Under the pieces are notes generated by a model, which had not been told where the DNA came from, did no database searches, and was given only the letters and a program-made list of their open reading frames with translations. A program made the position numbers and the translations under genes. Positions 57,485-64,000 of a DNA stretch of 64,000 nucleotides are shown here, piece by piece. Numbering within the stretch: position 1 is the stretch's first letter; the number at the start of each line of letters is the position of its first letter. This DNA comes from a virus, in IMG/VR virus record IMGVR_UViG_3300025000_000061, positions 1-64,000 of that record; one strand, given 5' to 3'.

Positions 57485-57868
57485 ATGAGCAAAGAAAATA
57501 TTTTAATATTTGATAAAGTTAAATGTAATATGGTTTTTGAAATTCAATTTTATACTTTTGATAATGATGAACCATTTGATGAATATGTCGAAGTGTCTTG
57601 TGGAGAAGATATTGAAAGTTTATTAAATGCTTATAAAAGTAAAAAATGGGACGAATTGTTTTATAAGCAAAGTTATAGAAACACTGATATTGCATATGTT
57701 GAATTTAAAGGTTTACATTTTTTTGCAGAAAGTATTGATGGACATAAATTTAGAGTAGGAAATAAAAATGGTATGAAACAATATGCAAATGCTGTTTTAA
57801 ATATTGAAAAACTAGGTGAAGACAATTCTTTAAAGTTAAAACAAATCAGAAATATATTAGATAAGTAA
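57485..57868 (+). CDS. hypothetical protein
   Basis: 127-aa ORF with SD. Confidence 0.7.
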   Translation: MSKENILIFDKVKCNMVFEIQFYTFDNDEPFDEYVEVSCGEDIESLLNAYKSKKWDELFYKQSYRNTDIAYVEFKGLHFFAESIDGHKFRVGNKNGMKQYANAVLNIEKLGEDNSLKLKQIRNILDK

Positions 57869-59208
57869 TATAAATGTAAAATATAAAAATCATAAAGTGA
57901 GGTGAAAATATGAAATTCCAAGATAGTGACTTAGATAAATATACACTAATGAAAAGTGAAAAATTAGATAAATGTTTTATATGTCAAGAAGAGACTTATT
58001 ACATTGATTATTGTTGTGAAGGTAGGTTATGTAGTACAGAATGTCATGATAAATGTTATGAACAATTAATGAATATGATTGAAAGAAATGATTAGGAGGA
58101 ATACATATTATGTTTAATTTATTTAGTGTTTTTAGAAGAAAACAAAGTAAATCAAATAATACTATCACAGTAGAAAAATATATTGTAGATATTTATTATA
58201 AAAATAATACTATGAATTCATTTATTAATGATGGTGATACCTTCCCTATTGATTACCGTAAATTTTTAAAATGGTATTTTTGTAGAGATAGTGAGTTATA
58301 TTGCTTTGGTTATAAAAATGGAGGAATGTTACTTATTAATAGGAATGAGATTAGTAAAATTAATTTCTATAGGAAGGAGGTACAAGAAAAAGTAAAAATA
58401 TAATGTAATAAGAAGTATAAAGTATAAATGAAAGTGAGGTGAAAGTTATATGAATTATAAAGAAGAATTAATTATAATTTGGGATGAGTGTATTGAAGAA
58501 ATATTTGAAGGTGAAGAATTAACTGAAGATGATAAATTAGATTTTGATATAGTAAAAGAATCTATAATTGCACAAATAAAGAATGAAAAAGCATCAGAAG
58601 AAGATCAAAAATATGTATGTGACAATATAGAATTATATAAAAAATTTTTTATGACTATGTTAACTTGTAATGAGAAAGAAATGAAATTAATTACATTGGA
58701 ATTATTAAAAATTAAAAATAAGTAAAATTAAAAGGAGAAATGATAATTATGTTCAATATGTTTAATACCAAGAAAGTTACTCACGCAGAAAGGTTGGACC
58801 AAGCAAAGACAAGGGTATCTTCGGCATTATCTATGTTTGTACAAGCAAAAGAGGAAATGATTAATGCTAAGAATCAACTGAATGAAACTATTAGCAATAT
58901 TGATAATGAAATTAATGATTTGCAGAGTGTTAGAGATAATGTTGTGAGTGAGATGGGCAGTTATGATAGTTTGATTAGGAAATTTGATGAATTTACTTTG
59001 TAGGATAGATTTGCATAGAATAATAAAATAAAAATAAATACATAAAGGAGATAAATTTATTATGAAAACAATGACAAGGAAAGAAAAAAGAAAATTATGG
59101 AAGATAGATTGGATGATTGTTAAAGACAGTATTGAAGGTGATAATAGAAAAGAAAAACGTGAAAATTGGTATCAATCTTGGAGTAAGTTTAAAATTTAAT
59201 TTCTATAA

Positions 59209-59248
59209 GTTTAAGAAGTTATTATATATTTTAAATAACTTCTTAAAC
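59209..59248. terminator. 15-bp inverted repeat
   Basis: GTTTAAGAAGTTATT-N10-AATAACTTCTTAAAC. Confidence 0.55.
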
Positions 59249-59816
59249 CAAAATAAATTATTATAAAGGAGAAAATTATTATATGAATAATCAAACAGAA
59301 AATTATATCATTCTTAAACCTATTGCTGAAAGATTTAATAAAGTTGCTAAAGAAATATCAGACGAAGATATTAAATATATTATTAAAGAAGCAATGCGAG
59401 AACAAATTAAAGGTGTATTTGATTTTAGTAAATTAGAAGAATTGACTTACGAGTATATTGATAAAAATGAAGAAGATATTAAACAAATGATTGCAGATTC
59501 AATTATTGATAGACTTAGATATAGGTAAAAATATTTGTTACAATATATTTTTTTTATTCAAACTTAAAATTAAAGGAGGAAAATAAATATGAATATATTA
59601 CATCAAAAAATACCAATTAATAGCAATGGTGAATACTTATTAAAATTAAGAGAAGTATCAAGAATGCATGATTCTATTAAAGATGTTTTACCTGAAGATT
59701 ATATATTAATAACTTCACCAACCGATATTGCTAAAATTGATGGAAATTATAGAGAAAGCGGAAATATATGATGGACTGTGTAAATGATAAAAAATTAAAA
59801 AAGGTGGAATATAAAA

Positions 59817-61070
59817 GTGGGTGCTACAGCACTAAGCGTTAAAGATTTTGTAATTGATATTTCTGAAGCAAAAGAAAAAACAAAACAAAAAAAGATTCAA
59901 CAAAAACAAAAAGCAAAAACTACATATAATGTGATTCTACAAAATAATATTGATTTTGTAATACACAAGAAAACTACAACTACAGATAAGAATTTAGTAT
60001 TTTTAATTAGTCAAAATCAATTTTATATTCAAGATAATAAAACTAAAGATATTGATACTCTATCCAAAGAAAAATTACGTGGATTTTTTCAATCAATATA
60101 TTGGGATAAATTTGAGAAACTAGATAGGGTCGTTTGGTGGCAAGGAAGTCCTGAAAAAATGATAGAGAAAATGATTGAAATAGTTAGCAATACAGATATG
60201 CAAAAAATGTACCAACATGGAATTTGCGTTGATAGGTATAAAATAGATTCTTGGAAAGAGTCATTTAACAATAATGTTAAGTTATTTAAATATTGCTATG
60301 ATAAATGTCAAGAATCAAGAACAAACAGAAGTTATTTTGATCATATATTAAAACTTGCAACTACTATTGAAAAAGAAATAAATTTTAATAATGCAAGATT
60401 ATTTATTGATAAATTTTGCGAATCTAATGTAAAAATGTTTTTAGAAGAAGGATATAAATATAATGCTAATATTAAACCAAATCATGAAATGTTCTTAAAT
60501 TTAATTAATACATATTCATTAGATTTTAGTAGATTTATTGATTATATTTCTATTGATTTATATTCTCAAGGAATTAGTCAATTTGATAAAAATATATTAA
60601 CTGAATATAATGATTATTTACAAATGCAAGTTAAATTGTATGATAAGGTTAAAGAAAAATATCCTAAATATTTAAGAACTGAACATGATATTGTTGCTTT
60701 AAAGGTAACTTTATATGAAAAACATAAACAGGAATTGATGTTACTTGACATAGTAGACAATTTTAAACATTTAGAGTATAAAGATAGAGAATTTTGTATT
60801 GTATTACCTGAATCAAGTATGAATATAGTTGACGAAGGGGTTAATTTGTCGCATTGTGTCGCAGATTATATTGACAAGGTAGCAAATAATGAAAAATTAA
60901 TTGTATTTTTAAGAACAGTAGATGAACCAGATAAATCATTGGTTACAGTAGAAATAAAAGATAATTCTATTGTTCAAGCAAAAGGATATGCAAATAGATT
61001 AATTAATAAGGAAGAAGAAAAGTTTTTAAAGAAATGGGCAAAAGCAAAAGAATTACATTATAGTATTTAA
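59817..61070 (+). CDS. PcfJ-like domain protein
   Basis: Y.DYL.M...YPKYL..EHD, P.S..I..EG..L.HCV..Y, FLR...PDKSLVTVE, Q..G..N. Confidence 0.85.
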   Translation: MGATALSVKDFVIDISEAKEKTKQKKIQQKQKAKTTYNVILQNNIDFVIHKKTTTTDKNLVFLISQNQFYIQDNKTKDIDTLSKEKLRGFFQSIYWDKFEKLDRVVWWQGSPEKMIEKMIEIVSNTDMQKMYQHGICVDRYKIDSWKESFNNNVKLFKYCYDKCQESRTNRSYFDHILKLATTIEKEINFNNARLFIDKFCESNVKMFLEEGYKYNANIKPNHEMFLNLINTYSLDFSRFIDYISIDLYSQGISQFDKNILTEYNDYLQMQVKLYDKVKEKYPKYLRTEHDIVALKVTLYEKHKQELMLLDIVDNFKHLEYKDREFCIVLPESSMNIVDEGVNLSHCVADYIDKVANNEKLIVFLRTVDEPDKSLVTVEIKDNSIVQAKGYANRLINKEEEKFLKKWAKAKELHYSI

Positions 61071-61110
61071 TGAAATAATAAAATAAAAATATAAAAAGGA
61101 GAATGATATT

Positions 61111-62343
61111 ATGAAAATTGAAGTAGGAATGAAATGTAAACAAATTAAGGCAATTGAAAAGTATGGTTTTGATTGTATTGGTATGGAATTTGAAATCACA
61201 AAAATAGATGACAATGTGATTATGTGTATGGGTAATGGAATTGGTTTTGGCATTGATCCTAATGAGTTTGAGAATTATTTTGAAATAGTTAAAGAGAAAG
61301 TTAAGGAAAAAGGGAAAGAAGATTGCATTATGAACACAAACTACAAAGGCAAAAAAATTAGAATTATCAACACAGAAGGATTCATTAGAGATGATTACAA
61401 AGATTTGGATAAATATATTGGTCAAACAGGAATCGTTAGATGGGATTTTGAAGGTAGTGAACATAGATTATCTATAAAATTTGATAATGAAGTATTAGAT
61501 AGTATAAATGAAAGTAATGGTAGATTATGTTTTAGAGTTGATAGTGTAAAGTTTATTGATGATACTTGTGAAAGAAATATTGATAAAGATAATAAAAATA
61601 AAACTTTAGATATTAATGATATTAAAATTGGTCAAAAATATAGAGTAATTAAGAACAGAGATACTCGTTATGGTTCATGTAGAGATTTAATAGAAATCGA
61701 AAGTCAAGAAGTTGAAATTATGGGGTTGAATGTAGGAGTTAATGGAGATATAAGGATTAAATCAAAAAATAATATACATATTTGTAGAGTTGAAAATCTT
61801 GATAAAATTAATAGTTACGCAAAATTAGGTGATATTGTAGAATTATCAAATGGTTTAAAAATGAAGATATGTGAAGATGAAAATATTAATGGATATTATA
61901 AAACGGTAGATATCTTTACTAATAAAAATATAACAACATATATATCAGAGAATAAATTAAAAGAATATTATTTAGGTAATAAAGTTTGGGGATATGATGC
62001 ATACAAATATGAAATAATTAATATTAAAACTGAGGAAATTAAAAAAGAAACAAAATCTGTAAAAACAAATAAAGTTTATTTCTATAAGATGATACCACAT
62101 AAAATTAATTGGGAAATAACACATGATGATGAAATAATAAATCAAACAACTGATTCAGGTGATGAATCATATAAACTAATAATCAATGGATTAACTACTA
62201 TTGTTATTCTTGATGACGGATGTAAGGGTGTAGCAAAGTGTTTGCCTAGTGATGAATATGATATGGATAAAGGAGTAGATATAGCTTACACGAAAGCATT
62301 AATTAAATCTTATCAGAAAAAATTAAAGAGATTGGTAAAATAG
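61111..62343 (+). CDS. multidomain hypothetical phage protein
   Basis: 410 aa; repeated small beta-barrel-like units and C-terminal TIVILDDG.KGVAKC.P.D.YD..KG. Confidence 0.7.
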   Translation: MKIEVGMKCKQIKAIEKYGFDCIGMEFEITKIDDNVIMCMGNGIGFGIDPNEFENYFEIVKEKVKEKGKEDCIMNTNYKGKKIRIINTEGFIRDDYKDLDKYIGQTGIVRWDFEGSEHRLSIKFDNEVLDSINESNGRLCFRVDSVKFIDDTCERNIDKDNKNKTLDINDIKIGQKYRVIKNRDTRYGSCRDLIEIESQEVEIMGLNVGVNGDIRIKSKNNIHICRVENLDKINSYAKLGDIVELSNGLKMKICEDENINGYYKTVDIFTNKNITTYISENKLKEYYLGNKVWGYDAYKYEIINIKTEEIKKETKSVKTNKVYFYKMIPHKINWEITHDDEIINQTTDSGDESYKLIINGLTTIVILDDGCKGVAKCLPSDEYDMDKGVDIAYTKALIKSYQKKLKRLVK

Positions 62344-62368
62344 TTTAATTCAAAAATATTGATTTTAG

Positions 62369-62433
62369 AAACTGTTGATTTATAATGGTTTCTAAACTTC
62401 AATATTTGCACAAAAGAGAATTTTTATCGTGAT
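62369..62433 (+). repeat. Composite site: 23-bp palindrome plus core
   Basis: AAACTGTT-GATTTAT-AATGGTTT 62369-62391; ACAAA-AGAGAATT-TTTAT-CGTGAT (core 62410-62427). Confidence 0.85.
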
Positions 62434-62968
62434 ATAAAAGGAAAATAAGAGGTAATTTATATGGAAAACTTATTAATTGGTACAATTATTATATATAGTG
62501 TTATTAGTATGCTTATTTCTGGAATACATGTAGATTATTATATAAAAGAAAATATTAACCCATTCAAAGATGCCAAAGATTCAATTAAAGAAATAGAAAC
62601 AATTGGTGATTTAATTATTTTTATACTATTATCTTATGCTTGGTTAATTGCAGTATTGTTTTATGGTATAGTGAAAGTATTCTATAATCGTTATACAATT
62701 TCTTTAATGAATGTAAGAATAAAGAAGAAAGGATAAAATATATGAATAGATTGATTATTAGTAATAATCCTTCAGATTTTACTGTAATAGATCATACTTA
62801 TCATGAAATTAAAGGTAATTATGAATTTTCATTTTATCAAAATCTAAATTATGGTGGTATAAGTAAATATGGTGAAATAGTTATTGATGATTTTGATATT
62901 GATAAAGTGATTGAATATTTACAGTTAATGAAAAAGTTAGGGGATAGAAACAAAGAAAGGAGAGAAAT

Positions 62969-63433
62969 ATGAATCCAACAATTAAAAAACTCTTAGAAAC
63001 AAAACAACCTAAAATAACTACATTATCAGACAAAGAAAAAAGAATATATAAAACTGGTCTAACTATGTTAGGTGCAATTATATCTGATGATTTCTTTGAT
63101 ATTCCTAGATTACCTAAAGATAAATATTCTACTGAAGGATTATTTTATGAAATTACTTATTATGATAGTGATCAATTGTGGACACAAAGTGATGGACAAA
63201 GATTTCTTTTAGTAGTATATAAAATTGAAAAAAGTAAATTAGGTATGAGTTCTCGGTGTCCATTAAGAATTGATTTTAAAATTGTTGATGAAAAGAATTA
63301 TGGTATATATTTTTATGATCAGTCTGGACAGAGGACTGTAAAAAGAGATTTAATGTCTTGTGAAGATGGTAAGTATTATACTGAAATTGATAATTATGAT
63401 AGGGTTAAATTGAGTAAATTGGTGAATATTTAA
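62969..63433 (+). CDS. hypothetical protein
   Basis: 154-aa ORF with SD. Confidence 0.75.
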   Translation: MNPTIKKLLETKQPKITTLSDKEKRIYKTGLTMLGAIISDDFFDIPRLPKDKYSTEGLFYEITYYDSDQLWTQSDGQRFLLVVYKIEKSKLGMSSRCPLRIDFKIVDEKNYGIYFYDQSGQRTVKRDLMSCEDGKYYTEIDNYDRVKLSKLVNI

Positions 63434-63602
63434 TGGATAAATATGAGAAGGAGATAAATATGAATAAATTTATAAAAAGATTAAAGAAAAGAATTAAAAT
63501 GAAATTTTGTAAGCATGAATATGAATGGAAAGCATCTTATTTAGTGATGTTTCAACAATGTAAAAAATGTGGGAAGGTAATACCATAAGATAGATAATAA
63601 AA

Positions 63603-63636
63603 AAATCAACACAAATCATTTCTTTCGTCATGATTT
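63603..63636. repeat. 34-bp 13-8-13 site
   Basis: AAATCAACACAAA-TCATTTCT-TTCGTCATGATTT. Confidence 0.75.
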
Positions 63637-63641
63637 TAGTA

Positions 63642-63670
63642 TTGACAAAATACAAAAATAAATATAAAAT
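63642..63670 (+). promoter_or_regulatory. sigmaA promoter with motif variant
   Basis: TTGACA-17-TAAAAT; AAAATACAAAAATAA 63647-63661. Confidence 0.75.
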
Positions 63671-63705
63671 ATAATAAAACAAAATGAAAGGAGGATAGAT
63701 AAAAT

Positions 63706-63963
63706 ATGGGTAATTTAAACAAAGAAAAAATTAATAATTTGTTTCAACAAATAAAAGATGAGTTATTCCAAAATGAAATAGATGAAGAGTATAATAATTA
63801 TATGATAAAGGTTAAAGAATTGCAAAAAGGATTATGTGAATTAGATATTAAAGAAAGTCAACCAGAAACATATATCCATGCTAGAAATGATGAAATAGAT
63901 GGTTATGGTTATAAAAAGAAAAATAATTATTGCAATTGTAGTGGCAACGGTGGAATATATTAA
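63706..63963 (+). CDS. hypothetical protein
   Basis: 85-aa ORF, SD AGGAGG. Confidence 0.7.
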   Translation: MGNLNKEKINNLFQQIKDELFQNEIDEEYNNYMIKVKELQKGLCELDIKESQPETYIHARNDEIDGYGYKKKNNYCNCSGNGGIY

Positions 63964-64000
63964 ATTAAAAATATTAAAATAAAAATAAAATAAAAATACA

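Larger units (their letters stand above)
1..64000 (+). mobile_element. Segment of a large temperate (SPbeta-like) Firmicutes phage/prophage: early/accessory and lysis-lysogeny control region
   Basis: Dense co-oriented short hypothetical ORFs with Firmicutes SD sequences, sigmaA promoters, HNH endonuclease, PcfJ-like gene, yopQ/mrpR-like pair; no housekeeping operons. Confidence 0.85.

Noticed and set aside
3472-63636. Repeats as a CRISPR array
   Set aside because: Copies are kilobases apart, degenerate and separated by genes; no cas genes are present.
138-63682. Most minus-strand ORFs in the track (e.g. 30691..31188, 33565..33879, 45013..45372, 61003..61464)
   Set aside because: They are antisense shadows of well-supported + strand genes, with F/I/L/S-rich composition and no SD.

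Overview
Very AT-rich segment that reads as the early/accessory and control region of a large temperate Firmicutes (probably clostridial) phage of SPbeta-like organisation. Roughly 170 short, tightly packed + strand ORFs carry strong AGGAGG/AAGGAG ribosome-binding sites and sigmaA promoters; no virion, rRNA, tRNA or CRISPR features were seen. Only ORFs with a recognisable product or of about 100 aa or more are listed individually. Recognisable accessory genes are a 3D-domain hydrolase, UvsE, signal peptidase I, a Thg1-like protein, Pth2, DUF1385, a PcfJ-like protein and an HNH endonuclease. The main candidate system lies at about 39.3-48.3 kb. It comprises an Agr-type peptide quorum-sensing kit (an unannotated 41-aa AgrD, AgrB, a kinase-less AgrC-like membrane sensor and DUF5317) interleaved with two phage-encoded MazF/PemK genes and a LexA-boxed small gene. 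It sits directly upstream of a YopQ-like (DGxHR) gene and a catalytically dead tyrosine-recombinase-fold repressor (MrpR/YopR-like), the position occupied by the arbitrium module in SPbeta. Three non-coding signals were also found. (1) A 15-bp motif, AGAATACWAAWATAA, overlaps about 12 promoters. (2) About 14 loxP-like 13-8-13 sites occur at gene boundaries; 7 have a 23-bp palindrome exactly 18 bp away and one has tandem NrdR-like boxes instead. (3) MazF target pentamers (TACAT) appear concentrated between SD and start codons and in agrB and DUF5317. All family assignments are from motif recognition by eye, with no database searches.
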